Part shown: in pieces, positions 47,104 to 59,829 of the stretch | How positions within the stretch are numbered: position 1 is the first letter of the stretch | How the letters are laid out: each line of letters opens with the position of its first letter | Origin: Lama guanicoe | Lineage: Eukaryota | Length of the DNA stretch: 64,000 bases | Direction: 5' to 3' | Assembly: GCA_013239625.1 (NCBI GenBank) | Contig: MU056898.1 | Span: 2,013,717 to 2,077,716 of the forward strand | Notes under the pieces: model-generated | What the model was told of the DNA's origin: nothing | The model's input: the letters and a program-made list of their open reading frames with translations, nothing else | Database searches by the model: none | Program-made: the position numbers and the translations under genes

Positions 47104-50100
47104 TAGGCACGGGGGCGTCTCTGGTCGGGCGCTGAGGCACGGGGGTGCCCGGCTCCTGGACGCACGTCGGTTTTGGAAGGGGGGCTCCTGGGGCTCACGA
47201 GGCAGGGCCGGTGTCCAGAAGTCAGGTGCTGTGCACCTGGGCTGCCTCCTCCCATGCGGGGCAGGATCTCAAGTACCTGCACGCCAACCCTGGCACAGAA
47301 GGACACCCAGGGGCCTTACGGGGGCCTCCTGTGCCCGCGCTGAAGCCGCTGCCCCGTGGGGACATCCAGCTGCCTGTCCTCGGCGCGCGGGTTCCGAGGG
47401 AGGGTGATGGCCGGCAGGGGCTCGCGGGGCCTTGGGAGGGGACACGGGGCGGGGGCCCGGGGGCTGTGAAGGGGCTGAGGTGTCGTGCTTGGGGATCGTG
47501 ATCATGGAAATACCGGAGACACTGGGAAGTTTTGATAGAATATGAAGCAAAACGTCCCCCCTCAGCCAACTCCCAGGGAGCCACTGGGCGTGCTCGGGGT
47601 TTAGTTCACACACCCGTCCTGGCCGCGTTGTCACAAGCGGAAGGAGTCGCGCCCTCCAGTCGGTCCCACTTGAGAGGCCGGGAGCATCTCTGTTTGTCAG
47701 CGAAGACTTCCCGGTGGTCGTGGCGCCGTTTCCGTGGGGTTGTGTGCCGTGACCGCCTTCACGTGGGATGTGTGCACTCTTCACGGTGCGCAGCGCTCTG
47801 GGGACACGACCATCCCTGTCTGCTTGTTGGGAGTGCTTGTCTGTTTCCTTAAGACAGACTCCTCCACGTGGATCAGACTAAATGGTGTTTAAAAAATTCT
47901 TTTCTCTTGCATTTTTGGCAAACTGTAATTCTCTGTTAGGTAACTGAGCACGTTGCGAGAACAGTCCATACGAGATCTCCGAACAACACAGAACTACGTG
48001 GAATGAAGGGAGATGGTCCCTCTGCGTCCCCGCCCCCCAGGGGCCCCCGGCCGTGGCCTTGTGTCGGACCTGTGAGTGGCCCGGACTCCTGCCCAGGGAG
48101 AAAGGTTTGGGCTCAGGATTACAAGCACTTCAGGTCCGCTCACAGGCTCGACAGGGGATGAGGGGAACATGGAGGTGTCCAGGCCCTGGGGGCCCCTGGG
48201 GCCCTGGGACTTAATCCTGGGAACCTGGGACTGTCAGCTTACGTGGCACGAAGGAACTTTGCCAACATGAAGAAGTTAAAGGTCTTGACGTGGGGGGTCA
48301 TGTCGTGTAAGAGGGAGGCAGGGGCTTTGGACAGAGGAGAGCAGCCTCGTGGCCACAGAGCCGACGCCAGCCCAGGGCCACGGGCAGCCCCCAGAGGCTG
48401 GAGGAGGCGTGAGGCCCCGGCCGCACCGCGGGTCCCACCTGCTGGTGCCGACCCTGGGCGCCCACCTCCGAGACCGCGAGACGGGTGCTTGTTGTCTCCT
48501 GCCCTCGGCCTGGAGGTGCCGCTGGCAGTTGCGTCCTTGGCGCTGAGCAACCCGGGGACGCAAGTGTTGTATCTGCTGCCACGTGAACGTAGACGTCCAT
48601 TTAAAATCTGTTTACGTTAAAATACAGTTTTGCATGGGTGGTGCATCCACAGTTTCAAAGTAGAGAAGGTGCTGGGGTCCAGAGCGGGAGGCCCTCAGGC
48701 CGCTGCTTGAACCTTTCTGCCGACAGACTCTCAGGTGGGGGTTTGCAGGTGCCCGGCTGGCGGCCACACAGACCACCGTCCACTCTTCAGTCAGTTTCAG
48801 GCCCTCAGGGAGGGGCAGCTGACCGGGCCGGGGTCCAGCCGTGCCCTCCTCTCTCGGTACCGGTGCCAGCCCAAGGGTGGAGGCGTCCCTCGGGGGGACC
48901 ACATGCTGAGCGCACCTGGGCCCGCAGGCAGCGGTCGCCGTGAGAGGCCGGGAGGGGGGCCTGGGGGTGTGGTGTGGGCGTCACCCCAAAGGTACTTTGC
49001 TTGGAAGGTGGATTTTGTTCCCGGGGCCCTGGTTTCGGGCCTGGTCTGTGTTCAGCTTGTCCAGAACCAGATCCAAGTGTGAGAGCGGGTGCTTGCTTGT
49101 TGGTGGCTCCGGCAGCAGTGATGAGCCGGAGGAAACCTTGTTCCCACTCAGGGCAGCACAGTGAGCGCGGCCCGGGCCCTTGGGACGTCCGCTGACCATG
49201 CTGGGTCGGCAGGGCTGGGTGGCGGTCCAGCCCGGGTCTGCTCGGGTGCCGGGGGCTGTGTCTGTTGGAATCCCCGACGTCCCTGTCCGCCTGGAGGTCA
49301 CCAGGAGCCGCGCTGGCTGTCCTCTCCGACCTGACACACGGAAGGTGAGGACAGCGGGCTCAGCAGACCGCATGCCCTGGGCTCGTTTCTCCGGTCAGCG
49401 GAGTTCCGTTGACTGGACTCATCTGCGTTTCCTGGGTGCCGGGCAGAGCTGGGGAGACGGGGGCTCCTGCCCTCCAGGGCCCGCCTCGTCCGACAGGTAA
49501 ACGCAAAGACTTGAGGGTGTGCGCTGCGCAGTTGTTGGAGCGGCCTGTGCACTGTGAAGTGGGGTGACCGCTCACAGCAGGTGGGGAGCTGGCGGGGTGG
49601 TACCTCCAAGGGCGTGGCTGGAGCAGAGGCTTGGGCAGGATGGCCGTGGGTCACCCCGTGGGGCAGGCCTGGTGTGCACCTGTTGGGCTTGGGGCAGCAG
49701 GGTTACGGGGGCGCAGAGACCCGTGATCTGAGTGGTTCTGGGTTCACGGAAGTGTCTTCGAGGTTCCCAGGTTCTGGCCTCACTAGACCTCACACTTCCC
49801 GTCTGCCCAGTTCCTTCCTCTTGCTGTGGCCATGCCAGGAAGCAGACGGCGGGCCCCCAGGTTGTCCTCCCCAGAGGCCCAGGGCCTCTCCCATCTCAGG
49901 GTCTGGACCACATGAGCTGGCCAAGGTCTGCAGAGGGGCCGAGAAGCGGGCTCTGTGCCCCCGAGGCCCCGCTCGTCACTGCCTTAGTCACGGGTCGCTT
50001 CCTGGAGGGGCCTGGCCTGGTCCGGTCCCTGGAGGACGGTGGCCTGAGGAAGGGAGGCCACAAAACGGGATTTCTGACACTGGGGAGCTGCAGGTTGACG

Positions 50101-50169
50101 GGCCCTCCGTCTCTCCCCACGGGAGCGTTTGTGGACAAATCTGAAAAATGATCTCCAGACCCGCCGGAC

Positions 50170-50750
50170 CGCGTTCTCTGTCTTATTTGTTCCCATCGTG
50201 ACAAATGCCTGTACCATAAGGTTGGTCATTTCAACCATTATAAGTGCGCAGTGGGGCACCGGGCACACTCACAGTGCCGCCCAGCCAGCACACTCCTCGT
50301 TTCCGCGATGTTTCGTCACCCTGAACAGAAACATGGACGCTCAGCAGCGGCTCCCCGGCCCCACCCGGCCCCTGCTGTAATCCGTAGTCGCCTTTCTGCT
50401 TCTCCTGAGCGGCCTGTTGGAGGCATTTCAAGTCAGCGGACTCGTGAGCTCGTGTCCTGCTGTGTCCAGCTTCTCTCGCAGAGCACCACGTCCTTGGGGT
50501 TCATCCGGGCAGTCGCAGGTGTCTCAGCCTCATTCCTTTTCCAGGGGTGAGTGATACTCTGGCGTGTGGATGGGCGACAGTTTGTTTATGTTTACCAGCT
50601 GACCGGCACATGGGTGGTTTCCACCTGTCGTCCCTGTGACCCGTGCTGCTGTGGACGTGGTGTCTGAGTGCTCGGGCGTGTCCCTGGGAGAGGAGTCGCT
50701 GGGAGGAGTGATGACTCCATGGGGAGCTTTTGGAGGAATCGCAGTCTCCG
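50170..50750 (-). mobile_element. L1MB-type 3' end, antisense
   Basis: gtcatttcaaccattataagtgcgcagtgg...tcattccttttccaggggtgagtgatactc. Confidence 0.7.
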
Positions 50751-52282
50751 TTTCTCTTTTGGCCCCACTGGACGTCAGCTGCCCTTCTCTGTGCTGCCCA
50801 GAGGGCCCCCGGGGGCGGCTGTGTTTAACGCAAACTTCTCGCAGCCATTCGTGACCCCTTCCAGCCCCCGGGCGCCAGCTGGTTCAGAAAGGTTTGGCTC
50901 AGCGCCATCCTGGCCTGAGCGCCAGCATGTCCAGGACACTGGGGTCCTGTGCCCTTGGCCCTCAGTTTCCAGAACCGCATGGTTCCCTCAGCCTCTGACT
51001 TTCCTGCATCCAAGAGCCAGGTGGACAAGAAGTGGAGGAAGCAGATGGTTGGATTAAAATTCCTCTTTGCCAGGTTGGCTTGGAAAGAAAGCTTTCACAT
51101 GGGATGTGTCTGTTCCAGATCTTTTGTTTTGCACAGAGGAAAACTCACTTTCCAGATTGAAGCTCCAACGGGCTCCTGTTTCTGGCCACAGTCTCTACAG
51201 AAACAGGCTGATGGTTCAGGAAATGGGTTCCAGAGGGCGTGGGCAGGGAGACACTGTCTCCCGACCTTCCACAGGATACCTCCCTGTGGGCCATCCAGAG
51301 TGTGCTTTTCCAGCTGCTGGATGCAGGGCTGCACAGCGTTGTCTCCGCTTGGCTGTGGTCTGGCAAGTGCGCCCGCCTCGACGGAGGCTGCTCCCCGGCG
51401 CCTGCCCCTGGGGTAGAGCGCCAGGGTGTCCGTTTGCGGATGAATCCACCGTCGGGGGGCACCACCTGCTGCCCTGTGGCTCTTCCTGCTAAATTCAGGT
51501 TTGAGACAACCCCATGCCACGGGCTAGGTGATTTTTTTTCATTTTTCTGTTTTATTAGGTAGAATTGTTACAGTTTGACTGCATGTATACATTATGTTGC
51601 ATGTAAATACATGCATAGGCTGGGTGTTTTGCTCTTGTCTGCTTATAATGGTACTTGCAGTCTGCGTGGAGGTGCTTGTGTGTCGGGAGGAGGTGAGGAC
51701 TGTGTCCCTGTCCTTGGCTTTTGGGGAAGGTATTGCTTCCTGGCTGTGGGAGAGGCTTCCTCCTGCACGGGCGGCGTTGCCAGTCGGGGTTTATTGCAGG
51801 CTTTCTGTGGGTCTGTGTGGGGGCTGCGGAGCCTCAGTTTCCCCCTCTGAGAATAAACAGGATGCCCTTGGTTACAGCCACACCACCTGCCGTGGCAGAG
51901 CCCGAGTTGCAGCACAAATCTCTGGGGCTCCAAAGTGCATGTTCTGCCCAACCAGGGACAACAGTTCACACACACCTGCGTGGGAGAGGAAGGTGGGAGG
52001 GCGGCTAGTCCAGGCCATGTCGTGGGGTGTGAGGTCACCTTTCCCTGGGGCCCTGGCTTGTTGGGCCTTGGGAGTGAGAGAGGGGACTGGGGGACTGGCA
52101 TTAAACACACGTACACATGCACACAGGTGCACAGACACACACTCATGCTGCAGCATTTAAGGTGGAGACAGTTGCACGGTGTCATTTACAAGTTGTATAA
52201 TGATGTTCTCTGGGCTTCAGTTTCCTCAAGTGTCAAATGAGGGTAATAAAACCTACCCTGAGGCTGTAGTGAGGATGGAATG

Positions 52283-52608
52283 NNNNNNNNNNNNNNNNNN
52301 NNNNNNNNNNNNNNNNNNNNNNNNNNNNNNNNNNNNNNNNNNNNNNNNNNNNNNNNNNNNNNNNNNNNNNNNNNNNNNNNNNNNNNNNNNNNNNNNNNNN
52401 NNNNNNNNNNNNNNNNNNNNNNNNNNNNNNNNNNNNNNNNNNNNNNNNNNNNNNNNNNNNNNNNNNNNNNNNNNNNNNNNNNNNNNNNNNNNNNNNNNNN
52501 NNNNNNNNNNNNNNNNNNNNNNTCATGATCACCAGCACATCGTCACCATCATCACTACCACCGTCACCATCACATCATCACCATCATGGTCATCATGATT
52601 ATCATCAT
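52283..52608. repeat. N-run followed by a (CAT/CAC)n low-complexity tract; a MIR relic lies immediately upstream at about 52195-52282
   Basis: catcaccatcatggtcatcatgattatcatcatc; MIR-like tctctgggcttcagtttcctcaagtgtcaaatgagggtaataa. Confidence 0.75.
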
Positions 52609-54037
52609 CTTTGTGGCCCTCTGACTTGAGGATGGGGCTAAGCTAGTCAGCTTCTGTCTGGATGAAGCTTTGCCCCTCTGAGATTGGCCTAACCATCCAG
52701 GTGGCGCCCATAGCCAGAGCCCTCTGCCCCTCAGCGCTGAGTCTGAGGAAGGGGCTGCGGTGGCCCTGAGACCACTCCACAGTGTCATTCTCTGTATCAT
52801 CCTGGACCTGAGGCAGGTGATCAGGCTGCTCTGGCCTTGGGACACACAGGAAGGATCTGGAAGGCTGGCTGGTTGCTCTGTCTCTGTGAACAAAGTTTTC
52901 CAGGCCCAGTGAGGGGAGGGCCCTTGCCCCTTGCTCCAGGCCATGCACCACATGTCCGAGCTGGCACTGGGAATGGGGTGTCCTCGTGCCCCAGGTGGCC
53001 CCTTCAGGGCCCTTCTGAAGAGCTGAGTCCTGGTGAGGGTACTGGTGGTGGTGGGTGCAGCCTTCTCACTTGGGTGCAGCTGTTGTGAGCAACAGCAGAT
53101 CTGTTGTCCTTCCTGGGGACACAGAAGGTGGCCCTTGGGATGCTGTGGAGCCCTGAGATGTGCTGTGGGTCCCGGCTGGTCCCCTGAGGGTGCACCCCAG
53201 GCCTGTGGGGGGAGCCCTTGGGTTCAGTCAGATTCAATTAGGTTCCTTCCTGGTTCCCCCGACCAGGGTGCCTGGGACAGGGCATCCCCTGGGAGCCCCA
53301 GAAGTGTGATGGTTAGGAGGCCCTGTGTGTGTGCCTGTAGGGCAGGGTCCAGGCAGCAGCACTGTGCGTCCAGCCCTCGGCTGGGGCCCCCTTACTGGAG
53401 CCACCAGATGGGCTGGCAGGCAAGGCATCTTCCTGGGCAGCCTTGCTGGCAGCGGGTCCTGCTCCCTGGGCTCTGATAAGACAGGCCTCTGGCTGCACCC
53501 CTGGTGCACAGCTGTCTGTCTCCCCCCCACCCGGTGATCTCTGCGGTCTGTTTTTCCACCGGTTGTCTCAGGCCCCCAGGTGATGGGAAAAACACGCTAG
53601 TCTGCTGAATTCACACATGGCCTGGGGGACCGGCTCTGCTTCTCCAGCCTGGCTCCGTCTTTGGGGCTTACTGCTTCCCTTTAGGCAACACTGGAAAACA
53701 AAATTAGCATTTTGGGAAGTGCGGGGTCTCATCCAGGGAGATGCTTAATTGCTTGAACATGCAAAGAATTTGATTTTCTTTCTTACACAAAGCTAGGCTT
53801 GCTCCGGGCAGGGGAGACCTCCAGTCAGCACCTCGTGGGCCACGTGGCCCCAGCAGGGTTCGGAGGCTGTGCTCAGCTGGGGGGCTGAGAGCGGGTCTCT
53901 GGATCCTCCACCACACGGTGTGCTCTGGGCTAGCCCCGGACCTCAGGCCTCGTCTGTATCGTGTTGTTAGAACAATGCTGGCATCATCGTGGCCCCTGGA
54001 CAGATGAGGCACAGAGAGGTTACGCAGGTTGCCCAAG

Positions 54038-54062
54038 AGGGTTAGGGTTAGGGTTAGGGTTA
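54038..54062 (+). repeat. Short interstitial telomeric repeat A(GGGTTA)4
   Basis: agggttagggttagggttagggtta, perfect. Confidence 0.92.
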
Positions 54063-54202
54063 TGTTATGTCAGAGAATGTTTTGCCTGTGTTTTCTTCTT
54101 GGAGATTTATGGTGTCATGTCTTATATTTAAGTCTTTAAGCCATTTCGAGTTTATTTTTGTGTACAGTGTGAGGGAGTGTTCTGACTTGATTGATTTACA
54201 TG
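54063..54202 (-). mobile_element. Internal L1 ORF2 fragment, little diverged, with no tail or TSD
   Basis: Minus strand reads [45 protein letters not shown], a conserved ORF2 C-terminal segment. Confidence 0.88.
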
Positions 54203-54411
54203 GGGGAAAGCCACTGTTCTTTTTTAAACAAAGTCCAAGAAGGAACCAGGAAGGTGCATGGTGTCTTCCCTGTGTGGACATTTTCCGATGCATCTTCCTG
54301 GCTGGGTTCTCATGTCAGCCCCACAGCCCTGCCTCTTCCTCTCAGACGTCCTCACTCTTGGGTCAGAGGGACTGGCTTCACGTTCTGGAAGATGTGACCC
54401 TCCTTACGCTA

Positions 54412-54801
54412 ATGTGGTGTGTGTGCTGTGTCTGGTGTGTGTGTTCATGGTGTGTCTGTGTGGTGTGTATGTGGTGTGTGGTATGTGTATGTGGTATGAA
54501 TGTGCGTGCTGTGTGTCTGGTGTGTCTGTGTTACGTGTGCGTGGNNNNNNNNNNNNNNNNNNNNNNNNNNNNNNNNNNNNNNNNNNNNNNNNNNNNNNNN
54601 NNNNNNNNNNNNNNNNNNNNNNNNNNNNNNNNNNNNNNNNNNNNNNNNNNNNNNNNNNNNNNNNNNNNNNNNNNNNNNNNNNNNNNNNNNNNNNNNNNNN
54701 NNTGTGTGTATGTGGTGTGCGTGATGTGTGTGTGTGGCGTGTGTGTCTGTGTGGTGTGTGTGTGTTCGTGGTGTGTCTGTGTGGTGTGTATGTGGTGTGT
54801 G
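54412..54801. repeat. Degenerate (TG)n / GT-rich tract with an internal N-run at 54545-54702
   Basis: Directly visible. Confidence 0.9.
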
Positions 54802-57800
54802 CTTCTTACTACAGAAAACGGTTTTTGTCTAGCATCATGAAAAGCATTGTGGTGGTTCTTCACTAGGGTAAAAATGACCACACGATTCAGTTTTTTAGCA
54901 TCTGGCCGGGGCAGGGGGTCGTCAACCGCGGACGGCAGCAGGGAGGGCAGCGTGTCGAGCCAGCTGAGGACGTCAGCTCCCAGCCAGGCTGGTGTATCCT
55001 CCTGCCCACCTCGCCCCACCCTGGACTATTTGGAACAAGCCACGGCCACCAGACACCCGTTTCTGCATGGTGTCCTTCCTGTCCTCACGGTCACCCCGCA
55101 GTCGATACCCGGGTTGGGGCAGCGTCTTTCTCTCCAGAAGGGGCCGGGTGGTGCTGCTGCCTGCCGTTCTGTGTGTGCGGCACGCCCTGCCCTCGGGTTC
55201 GCGTTCTTCCCATGCTGGACCCCAGCTTCCGACGGGGTCCCCCTCGCGGCCTTCCCGGGCACGGAGCACTCGGGCGGTGAGAGGAGGTCCAGACTGGGAC
55301 CCGCCGCCAGCCGAGACAATCGCTGTTTTCTTCTTGTTCCTCGGACAAGCCAGCCTGCCCTGCGCTGCGCCTTGTGGGGTGACAGCTGGTTCACGCTTGT
55401 CCTTCAGAAAGAGCAACAGTTGCTAAGAGTCAGGCAAACAAAGACGTGCTCTGGCTCCCGGGAACAGCTGTGGGGAGGACACGCCGCGTACTGTCAGCTG
55501 CCAAATCCCGGTTTCCAGACCGTCTGAAGCAGAGCACTTTAGCCCTTTGGCGCCACGGGCGCTTCCCACCCTGCCCACCTGCCCCGTGACTTCTCAGAGT
55601 TCATGCTTCCCGGCGGTGGACACAGGTCCCCTGACGTGACTGAGGCTGAACCTGAGCCGAGGGGCCGGGAGGCGGGCGGTCACCCGTTCGTTCATCTGCA
55701 GCCTCGCCGCCGGTGAGACGGTGGGGGCACGGGCGCTGCTCTTCCCTCCGGGGAGGGTGCTCTCGGTGGGCAGGAGGAGATGGATTCAGAAAGCCTTGTG
55801 CTGGTCAGAAGGGGTTCCTGGTCTCTCAAAGGCATGTGAACCGGTTTCCAGACGGGGTGGGAGGTCCCCGCTCCCGTCTGCGCAGGCCTTTTGTCCCAAC
55901 GAGCAGCCCTGTGCTCCAGCTCGTGGAACCAAATGGACCTGGGGGGTAGGGCCCGTCAGCCCCTGGGTGAGGAGGGGACACTGGGGCTGGAGAGCCTGGC
56001 TGGGGCGAGCTCTCGTCTGCCCAGGGATGTCTCTGGACTCTGAATCACGACTGGCAGTTGGACACATGCCCCTGGGATGGGCCAGGCAGCTTGTATCCTG
56101 CTCTAGGGCTGGAGACACATCGTGAAATAGGCAGACTGCCCACCCCCCCCCCACCCCCCCCCCGCCGCCCTTTACCAAGCTCCTTCTCGGAGGAAGACAA
56201 AGCCAGCAAGTAAACAGCTCAAGTTCACAAGTGCTCAGGGGTGACAAGGACCGCCGGGAATGGGGGTGCCTGGGAGGCCTCGCTCAGAAGGAGGTTGGAG
56301 GACAAGCCGGAGGAACAGAAGAAGTGAATCAGGCTGGTGCTTGAGGAAAGAGCATTCATGCAGCAGGGGTGCAGGTGCAAAGGCCCTGGGGTCAGGGGCA
56401 TGCCTGGAATGTTCAAGAATCAGCAAAGAGGCTGGAGCAGAGCCAGGCTTGAAAGGGGCGCCCCAGCCACCAGCGGCACCATGGGAGGGGAGCTGCCCAG
56501 CGTCCTGCCGGCTCGTGAAGGTGGTGAGTTGTGTCGTCTCTGGGTTCCCCGTGGTCTGTCACATAGTGACAGGTGGCACTGTAGTGTGAGTCAGTGAGTT
56601 CGCACTGAGTGGGTTGGATGTTTTTATTGATTTTGTGTCCATTAGGGCTCCATCTGCACCAGCCCATGAGCACCTGACATACGTAATTTCATCTGTCCCT
56701 TGCGGTCACCCTGCAGGTGTGTCTCAGTTGCTGTCTGTTTTACAGGTAAGAAGACGGGAACTCGGGGGGAAGCAGCCTGCATGGATGTGGTCCCCGCTTG
56801 GCCAGGCTGGAGTCCAGCCGGCCCGCAGGGCTCTTCCTTGCTCCCCCCTGGGGAAAGCGGCCCCCTCTCTGGACCCTGGACGCGGCTGCGTGTGCGTCGG
56901 GTGGGTCCTGTGGGGAGGAGCCCCAAGAAGCTTTACGAAGGTGGTAGGGGTTGGATGGCCCATGACCCTGGGGCCTCTAAGTTCTGGCCCAGAGTGGGGG
57001 TGACTTCAGAGGCCGTTTTAGGAAAAGGCCGAGGCCTCTGGCAGCAGAGGGTGGGGAGCACAGCTGGCCCTGGACGACCTGAGACTTGTGCCGGCCTTGC
57101 TGTTTGCAGGCTGCGTGACCTTGGCCAATGACGTCACCTCTGTGAACTTCGGGAATGTTCCCTCTGCCCTTGAAGGCAGGAGAGCCCCGGTCCCTGGGCG
57201 GGAGCCTGCTCCCGCTCAGCTGTCCATCCAGCAGGTGCTCCTGCTCTGTCCCAGGGCAGGAGAGGCGGGTGGGGGACGAGCATGTGGGAAATGCCCAGAG
57301 CCGGGGTGGGCGGGGGTCTCTGCTGGACAGAGCAGCCAGGGACGGCCTCTTGGAGGAGGGGCTGTTCCAACCCCGAAACTGAAAAATGTGTGCTGCAGAG
57401 AAGCAAGTTTCCAGCAGAGGGACAATCTGAGTGCCGATAAGAGCCTAGGGGGGCAGAACTGACAAGGCCAGCAGGGCTGGCAGCTGGTCCTGCCCTCGCT
57501 GAGGGCCGTGGGCCTCCAGCGGACTTGCTGTGTAAACCTCCAGGGCCGCCCAGACAGGGGCAGAGTGCCGAGTCTTGGCCTCTGGTTTCGAGCTCTGGGA
57601 CTGACCTGCCAGGGACGGCCTCTGCAGCCGAGGTCGGCCTTCCTCGTCCTTCTCAAGCTCAACCCCCTCCCACTCTCGCCCTCAGGTCTTACCTGGGTGG
57701 ACTGCCCCGAGGTGTACAAGCCTCCGGCCACCAAACATCGGACTGCTTTCCATAAGGCCCTAAAAACCAGCACCAGTGTGAGTGCTCTAAGTGACGTATC

Positions 57801-59829
57801 TCCACAACGAAAATGATTTCTACTCTTTCACTTTAGTGACTTAATCAGAATTTAATGTCTCAGTTTTAGTCAACTACGTGCCCAAAAAACCCCCAAGAAA
57901 CTCAGTCTCGAAGGAAAATTTTAATACTTAGAGTCTCATAGACATAAGGAAAAAATCCAAAAACTCATGTATCTCCGACAGAAGCATGGGAGGGTGATCG
58001 ATAAGACACCTTTAAGTGTAAGTGTTTTTTCACATTAGTTTAAGTGGGCAAACAGTGTGAATGTCCGTCCAGGCACAGAGGGAACAGCGCACAGATGCCA
58101 GCCAGAGGCTCTTCCACCCCATAGGTCGTGTTTGAAAGCGCCACTGGGTGTCCAGTCACCGTGGAGAGCCTTGCTTCTCCAGAGGAGCAGGACCGGTGGG
58201 CGCAGACGTTCCGGGGGCGTTTCGTGTCGGGACTGGCTCTCGTGGTCACGGGGACCAGGAAGTCCCACCACCCGCCATCTGCGAGCTGGACGCCCAGAGA
58301 GTTGAAGGCTCGAGGGCCAGGAGCCCTGATGTCTGACGGCAGGGGAGGGTGGACGTCCGGCTCAGGCAGAGAGCAGCTGTCGCTTCCTCCGCATTTCTGT
58401 TCTGTTGGGCCCGCGAGAGCCGGGACGGTGCCGCCCATGCCAGGGAGGGCTGTTTCCCCTCGGTCTCGCCCTCCCAGCCTCACCCGGAAGCCACATGACC
58501 CACTAAGTGGGCGTCCCTTGGCCCGGTCAAGATGATGCGAGACGCTAACTACCAGCCACGGGGTTTTATTTCATTGTCTGTTTAAAAGGTAATAGTAATT
58601 TCAGTGGTTAAAGTGTCAGCGTTTACAGAGGTCAGAAATGACTCCCTTTTGCACCTGTGTAGACGTACAATGAAATGCTTTGAATGCTTAAGGACAGAGC
58701 ACGTGGCCTCACGAGAGGACCGAGTCAGGGTTTGGGAACCTAGTTCACAGGCAGCAGGGCCGTGGGGTTCCCGAGCATGGAGGCTGCAGGTGGAGGACGG
58801 ATGGGGAGGCCTGGAGGCAGCAGGGACCCAAGAGAGGCCAGGCTGGAGGGGGCAGCCTGCTGGCAGTGCCAGGTTGGGCCCCGGGTTTGGCTGACGGACT
58901 TGACGGGGCCAGGCTTGGGGTGACAGCAGCCCGATGGTGGAGGTGGTGGCTGGAGAAGTGGGGTCTGGCCACAGGGCATCCTGCGGGGTGCCCAGGGAGG
59001 GCACCAGGCGGGCAGAGGTGGCCTTCGCCTCTAAGCTCGCTTTCTCCCCCCTCCTGCGGCCCCCACCTCTGTGCCCCCTTGGTCTTGCCTCCTGGGGAAA
59101 CTGGGCACCCTGTCCCTGTGCAGCCGCGAGCTCCACTGACAGATCTGCTGGTCTCGAGCCCCTTCCTGTGATGGCTGGGCCGGTGGCCAGTTTCTGTGTT
59201 TAAATCCTGGTTTTCATTGCGTTCGCTCGACGCGGCTCACTCCTGACTCCTTGTGTGAAGGCTCGGCTTCGCTGCGGGCAGGTTCCTCGTCGTGCGATTT
59301 CGTGTGACTGATCACGAGTTTGGCGGGTCCAGACTCAGAAGGGCCACTTCCAGGGCAGGCTTTCGCGGAAGACAAGGCTTAGCCGTTGGAGACGATGGTG
59401 GTTCTGAAAAAGCAGTGCGGGGGGGACGCGGCTTTGCTGTTTTGCCATCTGTGATTTTGTCGCTGCTGCGACCCAGAGCCTGGAGAGGAAGAGCCCGTGT
59501 CATCTGTGTGCCCCCTGCCGTCGCTCGCTGCTCATGAGTCTGAACGTTCCTGTCTTAGGATTTATGCCCCGACCATCCAGAAGCACTGAGACCGTTCCCT
59601 TGGAAAACCGGTGAGGCTGAGGCTCCTCAGGGCCTGGCTCAGCCGTCCAGCGTGAACTTGGGCTCCCCTGTCCTGCTTCTGTCCTTTCCCAGGTGCGTGT
59701 CCGTGGGCGGATGGCTTACCTGACCCAGGGTCCACCTGCAGGGCGTCAGCAGCCGGAGGTGGGCTTCGAGAGTGGGATTTTTAGAGCTCCCTGGCCAGTT
59801 GAGGGCTGCTTGGGGTGGGGGCTGCCATC

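Noticed and set aside
54276-54302. gacattttccgatgcatcttcctgg loosely resembles the next PRKAR1B exon (SDIFDAMFP)
   Set aside because: No acceptor site, frameshifted relative to the expected peptide, and no THIAGETVIQQG continuation; the real exon lies beyond the window.
52179-55019. ORFs with poly-X, His/Ile-rich or Cys/Val-rich translations
   Set aside because: Artefacts of N-runs and (CAT)n or (TG)n repeats; the content of the N-runs cannot be judged.
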